NCBI GenBank assembly: GCA_963693365.1
Contig: CAVNZM010000006.1
Span: forward strand, 4,691,264 to 4,755,263
Origin: Amoebidium appalachense
Lineage: Eukaryota > Protista > Ichthyosporea
Direction of reading: 5' to 3'
DNA: 64,000 bases
Part shown: in pieces, positions 41,391 to 64,000 of the stretch
Numbering within the stretch: the stretch's first letter is position 1
Layout of the letters: every line of letters begins with the position of its first letter
Notes under the pieces: model-generated
Seen by the model: the letters and a program-made list of their open reading frames with translations, nothing else
What the model was told of the DNA's origin: nothing
Database searches by the model: none
Program-made: the position numbers and the translations under genes

Positions 41391-43396
41391 CTGAGGGAGG
41401 AGAGATGTGAGTTGAAAGTAAGGGAACAAACAAAAACAAACAAAAAAATACCGGAACGAGAAAAGAAGGCACATGAGTTCCATGACCACGTAAAAACCAT
41501 GTCGTTTTCGTCCACATAAAGCCATCAATTGAGCGAGAAAATTGAATGCTAACAACTTGTTCAGAAGGAAACGAGAGTGCCAAAAATGAAAGTTAAGGCG
41601 TACCGACTATAGAAGAAAAAGATCGGGAGACTTCAAGCTAAAAGATATGAGAGTGTGAGGGTAAGTACTGTAAAGATGTTTATGCAACCCGGCCTCTCCA
41701 TGGAAAAAACTTGGACCCGTGATGGAAGAATAATGACAGGCAAGTGAATAAAAAAAGATAATCTAAAAGATGAGTGCAGTAGCAACTGCTTGGCTGTGTT
41801 TTGCAGCATAGCTCAGACACCCAAAGTGCCTCTAATTTCAGCGGAAACAGTTTCTATACAAAGCTGAAAAACCATCATCACGAAACATGGCCTATAATGT
41901 TGGGTGCCTCTTTCTCCATAACGGAGATAAGGCACCTCCGTTTATTGCGTATCATACCATACACCTCAAGTCGTAACTGCCCCCCGTGAAAAAGAACCCA
42001 GTAACGGAACACACCACAGAAAGAAAAACAAGGAGGGAAAGCTCACCTGGGATCCCGGCATATACATGATGGTGGTTGTAACGTAACGGTTGCACAACGA
42101 AACGGGCTGTAAAGATTTTACAAGGAAAAAATAAAACTTGAAAGACGGCTCGTTATGCGTCGTTTGCAGTTTTAGCGTGGGTGAAAGATCGTTTACTCTT
42201 TCCAACCATGACATGCCATTAGCCAAATGTCATGCAATGCAAAGTGCATGCCCTCACAAACACAGTTTGAACAGAAGCATTGTTAAGTAAAAACACAGGA
42301 TAGCTCCTAGATTGTATACATTGATTTCATAAACTTATCAATCATATTTATATTATAGTCTAATAATTCACTTTTAGCAAAGATACATCAGCAGTTGCCT
42401 TCTCCAGGCACTGTTCTACCGTCCGTACGTTTCGTACGTGACGTCATCCAAAGCTTTCAAGCAATCGAACCCCAATCAAAAGCTGCAAATAAAATACTAA
42501 AGCGAAACAAAAACAGTTGGCGGCGAAAAGCCTACAATCGCAGTGAGCGTGGGTTGGCCCAATAAATGTGCTAAAGGCTAAAGCAGCGGTCACTTATTCG
42601 CTTCAAGTCATGCCGCAAGTTTACCGCCCCTGAGATGTTTCAAGTGACTCCGTGCGGCCAGAAGTTGAACGTGCGCGGCTTCGCGATCGGAGTGCGTGAG
42701 TTTACGTTTGTTATTCCTCCAAGTCTTTTCTTTGCCATATAAAGGTGACCGTACCGTTGTGTGCTATAACCCAAGGCCTGGGGATATGTATGCAGGAAAC
42801 AGAAATTTTTGCAGAACAAATGAGAGATATACTGAAAAAAACCTGAGGATGGTGGTCTTTATCGTTAGTTCAGTTTGCGCGCACAGCACCATTCATCGCG
42901 ATGTTGTATCATGTGCTGCGGCAGGCTGAGAGAAGTGGAATCTGTCCATTTCAAAAAGAATAGCTCCCCTGCCTTAGACCTTCTGTTTTTGGTGTACTTT
43001 TAATAAGCAGAGTTAAACAGTGGCTTGGTTGCTTGCACACGTACTTTTCGTAAAGGCCCGAGCAAAAAAAGCACCATAAGTTAAATCGACTCCCACGGTA
43101 CCTTTTTCAATCCTTCCAGATGTAACTATTAGTCCAGCACATCTGCTACAAAACGCGCGACTGAGCATTGCCGGCACGTTCCACGAATGCGGCAACTAAT
43201 GCTAACTGCACTTGTGTCTGCCCACGAACAAATTTTGTGGCCGGTGCCGGACGGTGGACGAGTGACAGGCACACTGCGTTTGTGAATGCAGAATAATTCG
43301 GGGAAAAGATTTCGCCTGCTTGCTAGCTGCAAACAAATAACCCATCTAGTTTTCTGTTATGAAACCTGGTTGTGCGGCTAGGCCGGAAACAGGTGC

Positions 43397-43438
<42 letters not shown>

Positions 43439-44243
43439 TCATCACGCCGCATTAAGGTGCAGACAAGCAGACGTCCGTGCCGAAGTTTACTCGAGCGGGT
43501 GGGGAAGGGCGCAAAAAAGACAGAGCACACTCCTGGGTGGTAACATGTACATGTGTACCCTCACAGTCGAACGGGTCGGTACTCGGTAGACTCGGCACTT
43601 GCTCAGATGATCATGATCATCGCTGGGCTACGTTCTACATTTTTTGCGCAAAACCCAAATGCCGCGTTCTGTATGCGCAAGCCAATCAGCGCATGGCAGC
43701 CTGCGCATGCGGCGCGCAGCTGGCGGCACTCTGTCATGTTGAAGCAAGCCCTTTTCCAAAAAGAAAACGGTATTGTTAGCGTTGACTTCATGTTCTTATG
43801 TTATAGGTTAGGTAAAGTTACCCTTTTATGTAAACTCTACCATTATTTTGTTGCTTGGTTTTAGCTTTCATACTTTTTTTTTTTTTTTGTTCCCCTTTTG
43901 GACTCTGTCATTGCGGCCTTTTTGCCTCCGTCGAGTCACGAGTCGTATGACACCATCGTGACCACGAGAGGCAAATGATGCCATTACGACCTAGATCCAG
44001 AAAGGAGACTGTTTTTTTGCCCGCTAAAGAAAGCAAAAGCGCTGGTTTGTGTGCAGACAAATAATTGCTGGTGCGAAATACCACTCCACTTACCAAGTCT
44101 AAGGATCGTGAACTTCTGAGCACTTGTGAACCAAGAGAACACGTGCTTAGTGTGCAATCGCCATGAGGTAGTTATAATCTAGCTGGTAGGCCGCATACAT
44201 AGTAGGTGCCATGGTTAATATTAGTTCGCGTGCACCTGGCACG

Positions 44244-55122
<10,879 letters not shown>

Positions 55123-55492
55123 TCAGCGACGTCATACAAACTCCTTTGGACGGCTGTTTTTGCTGTGATCAAACCTAATGCGGTCTACGTATTCGTAGGC
55201 TATTTTTTGTATGAATTAATATGCATTCTAGTGTTCGTGCATGAATGCATGAACCCATGGTGCATTTTTTTATTTTTTGTGGTTATCTTAGCGGTAGTTC
55301 TGGCGACATGAATGCTTCTAATAATGGGGTTTTTGTGTGGATGCACAGGTGCATGTATGTGTGTGTGTGTCAGCCATTATGTGTGTGTATGTGTATGCGC
55401 ACACCTGTATATGTAGTAGAACACATGTGAGGGTGGTGGGTGGGTGGGTTAATGGGTATGGCTGTGTGTGTTTGTGTGTGTGTGTGGGGGGT

Positions 55493-55537
<45 letters not shown>

Positions 55538-55721
55538 TTGTTCTTTTGCCGTGGTCGTGTTGTGGTTGTGACGGCAGGGGTCATCTCCCACAGTCTGACC
55601 TCGTTTTTTTTCTCCTTTTTTTTATTGCCCCCCTTTGTTTGTGTGGGTGTGCGTAATTTTGTGTGTGTGTGTGTTTGTGTGTGTGTGTGCGCGCGCGCGC
55701 GCGTGTGTGTGTGCGTGTGGT

Positions 55722-55754
<33 letters not shown>

Positions 55755-56107
55755 GGGGGGGGGGAACGTCACAGGTGGCGAGAGTGTGTGGTGGCAAGGG
55801 GTTGTATGAAGGGTTAAAGGGGTGAGCTATAAGATGTAAGGTCGTTAGCGATCTATAGTTTGGAATATTATTAATGAATTATGGGGTTTAGATAGGTATG
55901 GACTTGTGGGGTTAGATATGTATGCGCTTACGGAATGAATGTGTGGAGTTATAATACGGACGATAGATGTGGTCGGTCACCGTGTGGTCTGACTGGCGGT
56001 GTGTTGGTGCATGTTGCGAAGGACAAAATCCGAAACCACAAAGCTGATATAACAAATCCATTTGCCTGAGTGATTTATAGTTATTTCATTTACCCCCCCC
56101 CCCCCCC

Positions 56108-56626
56108 TGCATGTGTCCTACACCATGCTTCTCATCGTGTATGCGTACTTCGTACTGTGTTCCGCATTCAAAACCCCCCCTGTCTTCTTTCAGAGGTGTC
56201 CTTTCAGGACAGACCACTGTGTGGAGACATCTTTACTTCCATGCAACCGGGCATGGTTGCTCTGTGTCGTGCATCTGTAAGCACATACGCGTTTGTCGCT
56301 GCACTGCATTAGTTTGCACATACATCTTCACCGTTTTGCTCACCTTGCTTGCATAAGCAACCCTGCTCGTCTTTGATCAAGACGGGTTGACCCACCCAAG
56401 TTCAGTTGATGCTGCTGTCTGAGTTGGAGCGTCGTATATACGCGGGCTAAGGGGTCGAAACTCAGACGCAATTGATGACTTGGGCCCTCCCTGAGGATGG
56501 GCTCTGCTTATGACGCATACTGTGCGCATGGCTGATGCTGCATACTTGAATGTTTGCCTTTGCATGTGTCCTACACCATGCTTCTCATCGTGTATGCGTA
56601 CTTCGTACTGTGTTCCGCATTCAAAA
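56108..56626 (+). mobile_element. Family A element in partial tandem (66-nt 3' piece + C7 + full unit; period 453 nt)
   Basis: 56108-56173 is repeated exactly at 56561-56626; C-tracts flank both ends. Confidence 0.88.
56351..56512 (+). ncRNA. Putative permuted/pseudoknotted hammerhead ribozyme (family A)
   Basis: Stem III gtctgagt/actcagac; GUU 56423-56425; stem I GGAG/CTCC; CTGAGGA 56491-56497; stem II gaccc/gggtc; GAAA 56457-56460; closing helix cataagca/tgcttatg. Confidence 0.6.
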
Positions 56627-57326
56627 CCCCCCCCCCCCCCCCCCCCTCTAGATCTCTCCCTCTCTCCCCCCCTCCCCCCCCCCTTCGAACTGGCACCCCA
56701 CACACGCACACAGACACACACACACCGTGACACACACACACACACAAAGCTCTCACTCTCTCATCCTCCTTTTCGTCTTTCCTTTTCCGAGGATGTCTCT
56801 TTCTTGTCTATTCTCACTAACTCGTTCGTGCTCTCTCCTTCGAAATAATTACCCCTCAACGAGGCTTCCCTCCAACCCCCAAGCCCCTTGTCCCTCGCTC
56901 TCTTCATTCCCTCCCTGCCAGGCCCTCCCCCAAGTCCTTCTCCCTCCCTCCCTCACTCTCTCTCTTTCTCTCTCAAGCCCCCCCTCCCCCCTTAGATTCG
57001 TGAAGCCTACGTACACCATGCACCACACGTCCACCACATCCTCTAAAAGCATTCCATTTTCATAGTCGTGAGACGTACACACAGACATTTATTCTGAACA
57101 ATATATGGATGATTCCATTATTGATCGTCACCATATCAGCAGGTACACGTACCGGCCGGCGCCTTAACAAGTTTCGCCCCACAGATTCTGAAGAGCACGC
57201 GTGCTCGAGCTCATGCGCTTACATACAACCCCTTCCCCCTCCCCTCCCTCCCCCCTCCCCCTCCCCCTCCCCTGTCCCCCCCACCCCCACCCCACCCTAC
57301 CCTACCCCCACCCCACCCACAATAGT

Positions 57327-57341
57327 TACACACACACACAT

Positions 57342-57376
<35 letters not shown>

Positions 57377-57405
57377 CACACACACACACATGTACACACA
57401 CACAT

Positions 57406-57441
<36 letters not shown>

Positions 57442-57613
57442 ACACACACACACACATGTACACACACACACACATGTACACACACACATGTACACACACA
57501 CACACACACACACACATGTACACACACACACACATGTACACACACACACACACATGTACACACACACACATGTACACACACACACACACACACATGTACA
57601 CACACACACACAT

Positions 57614-57650
<37 letters not shown>

Positions 57651-57665
57651 CACACACACACACAT

Positions 57666-57700
<35 letters not shown>

Positions 57701-57715
57701 CACACACACACACAT

Positions 57716-57750
<35 letters not shown>

Positions 57751-57763
57751 CACACACACACAT

Positions 57764-57800
<37 letters not shown>

Positions 57801-57853
57801 CACACACACACACATGTACACACACACACACACATGTACACACACACACACAT

Positions 57854-57890
<37 letters not shown>

Positions 57891-58046
57891 CACACACACA
57901 CACATGTACACAGTGTACACACACACACACACACACACACATGTACACACACACACACATGTACACACACACACACACACACATGTACACACACACACAC
58001 ATGTACACACACACACACACACACACATGTACACACACACACACAT

Positions 58047-58089
<43 letters not shown>

Positions 58090-58106
58090 TGTACACACAC
58101 ACACAT

Positions 58107-58148
<42 letters not shown>
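57327..58148. repeat. About 820-bp (CA)n array punctuated by TGTA
   Basis: Dozens of (ca)n-tgta units giving near-perfect purine/pyrimidine alternation. Confidence 0.95.
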
Positions 58149-58153
<5 letters not shown>

Positions 58154-59195
58154 GAGTATACACACACGATTTCTCGGTTCGAATAATTTACACGATAACT
58201 CTTCATAAACATTGAAAAACTTAACTTTAATAATCCACGATTCTAAAGGCTACAGTTAAGTGTAGCTTTATTACTAAACTACGGCCCTCGGCCCACAAGG
58301 GCATCTCATTTTTGCAACTAAAACAGGTCACTAATATAAACGGGTTAAACTTTCGAGTAAAAAACCATTGAGTCTGTTATCACGCAAATTCAAAATACAA
58401 ATCAGAACGAATATGTATTCCATTCTGCGTTTTGCCAAAAACCAGGTATTCCAAAAATCTACAATACATATCGTTTTAACATCCGTTTTTCACGAGATAA
58501 TATGTATCGCATATACTTCAACTACCATGGTACGTACGTGTCTTCGTATTTCGTGCCATGTATCAATGTATCATACACAACCGCCCAGAAAACATCAACC
58601 AAAACAAGAATCTGCTCCAATCATTATGCTGCAGTGAAAAATAAAACCGACTATGTACTTTCGTTTCTTCAATATTAGCACGACATAATTAATAGGACAA
58701 TAAAGCCACCAGGCAATAACAAACATTACGCAAAGAACGGGTATAGTCTGCCGGTTGGGGTTCAAAATAAAAACACGTGTGTAAACTCTATCCGCCTAAA
58801 AAATAAAAAGCCTAACTGAGCTATCAAATAGAATACGCAAACATTACACATACGTTGACAGTTACTTGTTGGCTCCAACACGGCTCACTGTTGATTGACT
58901 TTCCGGCCTATGAAACTCTTCAATTGCAAAAACCCCAAAAATCGATTGAATGTTCGTACATTCTCCCAGCAAAGGCCATCCCTCTCAACCTCTCAATAGC
59001 CAGAAGATCCCTACCCTTGCTTAATATCTGATCAAATTTGCATCTTACCCCCCCCCCCCCCCCCCCTCCCTGAAAAAAAAAAAATGAAAAAAAAAAAGAA
59101 AGAAAAAGAACAGGTGAAAGAAAAGAAAGAAGTAACTAACAGAAAAGAGTAGAAACAACACCCGTTAATACAATACAAGACCTCAGACCACCTCT

Positions 59196-59435
59196 TTATT
59201 TCGACGCATTCAGAAATATATGGGGCAGGAGGGAGGGGGGGATTGTGCATGCCAGGGTTTGTCTCTGCTGGGGGGTGCATGCGGTGATCCCCTGGGCAAG
59301 ACGGGACAGACACAGATCACGCAGGCTCGGCATCCGAAGGTGGCAGAGGGACACCTGTGTTGGAAAAGGGAGGAGGGGGGGGAGGGGGGGGGGGGGGGGG
59401 GGGGGTTAGTGCAATGAATGGGTGGTGGGTGTGTG

Positions 59436-59503
<68 letters not shown>

Positions 59504-61182
59504 CGTGTGCGTGTGCGTGTGCGTGTGCGTGCGTGCGTGCGTGCGTGCGTGCGTACGTGCGTGCGTACGTGCGTGCGTGCGTGGAGAGGGAGGGAGGAGG
59601 AGAAGGGGAGGGATAATGTAGATCAACACCAATTTGGAAAGAAAGGACATAGCGACAACTTGCGCTAACGCTCGGGGGCCTAATTTCCGCATTCCGATCT
59701 CTTTCCTTTTGCGTCAATCTGATTATGAGCGCGGTAAAATTTCTGTAGCGGGCGGTGAATCTACCGCCCCAATAGCTAAAGAACAAAAAGCGCGCTTTTT
59801 TATGGTAGAAACAAGCGCAAACTCTGCTGCTTTAGAATATGGTATTATTCTATCTTTATACTGCTTTATTGCACGGTTTCGCGCTATGATTACTGCGATT
59901 AAGTCCGATGTAAGTTGGAACAACCCGCTGAGCATACCAGTTTTTTCTGCCGCAACGGCTTGGATTGGCCGTTACCGAAATTGATTCGCTGGCTTAGACG
60001 ATCCGATTTTTGGAAGTCATATCAGCCGATTGGATGCGGTACGCCCTTAAAAAATTTGGCGCCGAATGATTGGATGCGGTATGCCCTTAAAATTAATACC
60101 CTATTTTTGAATTAGCGGGTTTGGGCCAGATGGGGAAGTAAAGTCTGGCACATGCACATGGTACTGCTCGCCCCGAATCAGAGTACTTATAATTATTCAG
60201 CAATCGACACACAATGCAACACTAAACCAAAAGGTCACGCACCTTGTTGCTCCTCAGGCTGCTGCATGAATCCTCACACCCACCAAAGTAGTAGGCTGTG
60301 CCCTGTGGCGTCAAAACACCAGTGTGGAAGCATCTGCATGGTTCGTGGGGGGACAGGAGAAGGGGGGGGGGAAGGGGGGGGGAGGGGGGGGGGGGGGGGG
60401 GGGGGGATGGGCAGGGAGGGAGGGAGTGGGCAAGGGAGAGGAATGAGGGACGGGGGGGGGTGGGGGGTGGGGAGGGAAGGGAGGGAATCAGATGTCAGGA
60501 TATGTCATTGCCGGGAGTAAGGTTGGTATGGGATTTGTTAAAGAAAAAGCCTTCACGCCGGATCTAAGGTTGCAAAAAAGAACAAGATGCTTGCCCATTC
60601 CTAAAACTTGAAATCGAATAAAATTAAGACAAGCTTCTGCAGAAAAGAATCTTAATGGTATTCCTTGAGGCTCACCCCCCCCCCCCCCCCCCACCCTCAC
60701 TCCCTCCCTCCCCTTCCCCCCTCCCCCCCCCCCCCCCCCCCCCCAAACACACACACACACACTTCGTCCTTATCTACCACCCTCTGGTTCTTGACCTGAA
60801 CAGCAACAAACACGAACTTCAACATGCAATGCTCAGACAAAAACAGATCAACCTGTACGAACATACAAGTATCCACATCCAGATGCACACGAAACATGCA
60901 ATAACACGTGTGTAGTTCACCTCCAGACACAGGCGCATGCAATGTGTATGCGCACGCCCGCATGCACATAGTGTGGGTACATACTCACAAGCAGAGGCCT
61001 GCCTATATATCACGCAAAAACACACTACGAACATACACACACACCTGTATGCTCACACACAAACACCTGCCACAAGTACATACACGCGCTCAAACTTACA
61101 CACACCCGTAGAACCCACCCTTCCCTCAAACCCACCCACCCCCTGCCCCCCCCCCCCCCCACCCCCACACACACACACACCC

Positions 61183-61233
<51 letters not shown>

Positions 61234-61243
61234 TGCGCGCGCG

Positions 61244-61286
<43 letters not shown>

Positions 61287-61820
61287 ACCTTCCAGACACC
61301 CACGATCTCCCGAGAGGCAGCCTACACCACCTCCCCGTCCCCACATCCAACCTCCACAAATCCTCAAACATCCTCAGCCCGTCCGTGCCCCCGTGCATGT
61401 AGATGCCCCCATCCAATAGAATTAGAGCGTGGGACCGCCTCGCAATTGGGTGGATGAATGCCGACATGCGCCCAGCACTGCAAAAAAAAAAAAAAATCAA
61501 TATTAAAAAACGAAAGAAGGGAGGGGGGAGGGAGGGGGGAGGGGGAGGGGGGGGGGGGGGGGGGGGGAGGAGAGAGAGGGGAATAGCATTGGTCAGGATG
61601 TGTGTCTGTGTGCACATGTGTTCACTAACACTTTTTGGCGGGATTAGTTGTGAGTTTTATAAAGCGGGAGAGGGGGTGAGGTGGGGGGGGGGGGGGGGGG
61701 AGGGGGAGGGAGGGCGGGGGGAGGAAGGAGGGGAAGGGGGAGGGGGGGGGGGGGGGGGGGGGCTAAGAATGTGGTACAGGGTGCGCAGTACACATTCATG
61801 ACGGACACATGGTGTGTGAT

Positions 61821-61896
<76 letters not shown>

Positions 61897-61903
61897 TACA
61901 TAC

Positions 61904-61934
<31 letters not shown>

Positions 61935-62941
61935 TGTGTGTGTGTGCGTGTGCATGTGCTCGTGTACGTGTGCATCTGTGTGGTGTAACGTGGGGTAAGG
62001 GGGTGGGGGGTAGAGGAGGAGGAGGCCGATTTTCAAACCATAGCACATCTGTCAGACCATCTATGTCCGGGGGGGAGAAGGGGGGGGGAGGGGGGGGGGA
62101 GTTCCAAACCTTAGAGGATTTCAGGCGGCAAAGGGGGGGGGGGGGGGGGGGGGGGGGGGGAGGAATTGTGTTGTTGGTATGCAGTATGCCGTTGAAGGAA
62201 GGACGGAAGGAGGGGAGGTGTGGGCGGGCGGGGGGGGGGGGGGGGGGGGGGGGGAGAGTGAGAGAGAGAGGGTAAGAAGAGTGTGCCCACAAAAACCTAC
62301 CTGAAGTCCATAGATCCACCTCCCATCGGATAATCGGATTGCGATTGCACGGCCGATCGCCATTCGATCGCGCCGCCTGGAAACTGAGCATTTGCGTTCA
62401 GCTCCGAAGGCTCGCATTCCATCTTCGTCCACACTTGCGTTTTAAAATTAAACTTAAAAACATCCACGGGTGTGCGTAGGGTATTGGGCGTACCGCCACC
62501 AACAACATACATAAACGTATCGTCACACACAGATTCGTGCCTGTATCTTCCTGGCGGCATATTTTCCAAATCCCCATCCGCGGGTTTTGTTTCCACGCGT
62601 CTCCATTCATATCTTGCCAGGTCTAACCTGTACATGTCGTTATAGTAAACACACCCTGACGTTCCTCCAAAAACATAGAGCGAACCGCGTCTGTGAATCA
62701 TGGTATGTCCGTAGCGAGGGGAGGGAGTATCTCCCGTTGTGTGTGGGCGGGACCAGTGGAAGGTGGAGAGGTTGAGCACGAAGAGGGAGTTGCTGTTTGT
62801 TTGGCCAAAGGGGACGTTGGAGCCACCAAACACGTACATGAGGTTTCCCAGGAGCACGGCTGTGTGTGTGTGGGGGGGGGGGGGGAGGGGAGGGGGGGGG
62901 AAGGGGGGGGGGGGGGGGGGGGGGATGATGGGGTTGGTAGG

Positions 62942-63004
<63 letters not shown>

Positions 63005-64000
63005 ATGTGTCGGCGTGTTTATGTGTGTGTATGTGCACGTGCACGTGTCTGTGTAAGAGTTTATTGTGTATGCGTGTGCGTGTGTGTGTGTACGTTTGTG
63101 CGTGTTCTGGGAAAGTAGGAACGGTGTGTGTCTGTGTGGGGAAGAGAGGAAGAAGGGTGTGTGATGAAGTGTGTGTGCCAGGTAGGAGTGCGGGTGGCAG
63201 GGGATGGGGTTGGGGGTGAGGTGGGAGGGAGGGGGGGGGGGGGGGGGGGAGAGGGGGGAAATCACAATAGGAGGTTAGCACGTGGTTTACAGCATGAAGT
63301 GCGAAGGCACAAGAATGGCATGGTCCAGAACAAGAAGAAGTGGTGAGCTTAGACATAGGCGCATGTGTTTTGTGCATGTGTATGGGCGTGCGCATGTGTG
63401 CGTGTGCGTGTCCATTTTTCGATGTATCTTCAGGTGTGTGTGTGTCTGTGTCTGCACGCCCTCCCTTACAATCTTTCTTACCCGCCTTTCCGTTTCCACC
63501 ATCATTTCCCCAAAACTGTGCCTTAAAACCTATACATGCGTGCTCGCTTGCAACGATAAATACAGGTACACACAACATATCATCCAAGCCAAAAAAAAAA
63601 CAAATGCATCACCCACGTCTACGCATCCATCCTCGCTATATCACATGCACCATCTCGGCAACCAAGTGCGCTTCACGCACACAGATCTCCGCGTCCAAGC
63701 AAAAAAAAGCAACACGCACACTCTCAGAACTACGTGTGAGGCCCAATCACCAAAATACATGCATCACGGCAAAAAAAGCCACACTGCTCCCTCAGCACAA
63801 CCGACTAAATTCCTGGCCCACGGTGATTACATTTGTATGTACATCGTTCTTTCTTGCCATTACATCTCGTGTTGAACTTGTGTCATAAAACCTCCCGTAT
63901 AGCAAATCTCATTTCCTAATTCTCAAGAACTTCCTTAGCTTCTAGATCCCACTCACCTGCATGCGACACCCGCTCTGTAGGTATACACCCCGAAGTTTCC
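59196..64000 (-). CDS. KLHDC10: Kelch-repeat protein with C-terminal BC-box/Cul2-box, KLHDC10 (slim)-like; 5' part outside the window
   Basis: Exons >64000-63957, 62859-62301 ([33 protein letters not shown]), 61477-61289 (ARRSH..YMHGG..EDLWRLD), 60333-60243 ([18 protein letters not shown]), 59354-59196 ([17 protein letters not shown]); phases are consistent. Confidence 0.85.
61763..61816 (-). mobile_element. Family A-like 3' fragment on the minus strand (Kelch gene intron)
   Basis: Minus-strand gtgtccgtcatgaatgtgtactgcgcaccctgtaccacattc followed by a C-tract aligns with gtgtccttcgtgtatgcgtacttcgtaccgtgttccgcattc of copy 1568-1762. Confidence 0.65.

Noticed and set aside
56351-56512. 5S rRNA, SRP RNA, RNase P/MRP or box C/D snoRNA identity for the structured repeat (it contains TGATGA, CTGA and ctcgtc..gatc)
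   Set aside because: The conserved boxes are not in the right order or spacing, TGATGA is not kept in all families, and truncated dispersed copies fit a retroelement better.
59630-60120. Possible Crypton-like remnant or small ORF (59634-59984) in the Kelch gene intron
   Set aside because: No recognisable domain or termini; only a short local duplication (gattggatgcggta.gcccttaaaa).

Overview
Eukaryotic genomic DNA, probably from a unicellular opisthokont or other protist (inference), whose introns and intergenic DNA are saturated with poly-C/poly-G tracts and (CA)n/(CT)n microsatellites; most listed ORFs are repeat artefacts. Real genes: a 19-exon Irc3-like SF2 DEAH helicase (+, 2731-19281), an intronless AVT/SLC38-type amino-acid transporter (-), a KHA-like plus C2H2 zinc-finger gene (-), an ASK20/21-type (type II) Skp1-like gene (+) and a KLHDC10-like Kelch/BC-box gene (-, runs off the window). 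Mobile DNA: a Ty3/Gypsy chromovirus with two identical 356-bp LTRs but disrupted ORFs, a possible hAT remnant and two decayed Penelope-like RT relics. The main discovery is about 12 copies, in three diverged families, of a short retroelement-like sequence. The copies have a fixed 3' end abutting a poly-C tract and variable 5' truncation, and one occurs as a partial tandem. The longer copies share a covarying RNA fold containing all hammerhead ribozyme core nucleotides (CUGANGA, GAAA, GUU), but in a non-cyclic, pseudoknotted strand order that is not type I, II or III. This suggests an endonuclease-less Penelope-like or retrozyme-like system that primes on G/C homopolymers. All folds and alignments were done by eye; ribozyme activity is untested.
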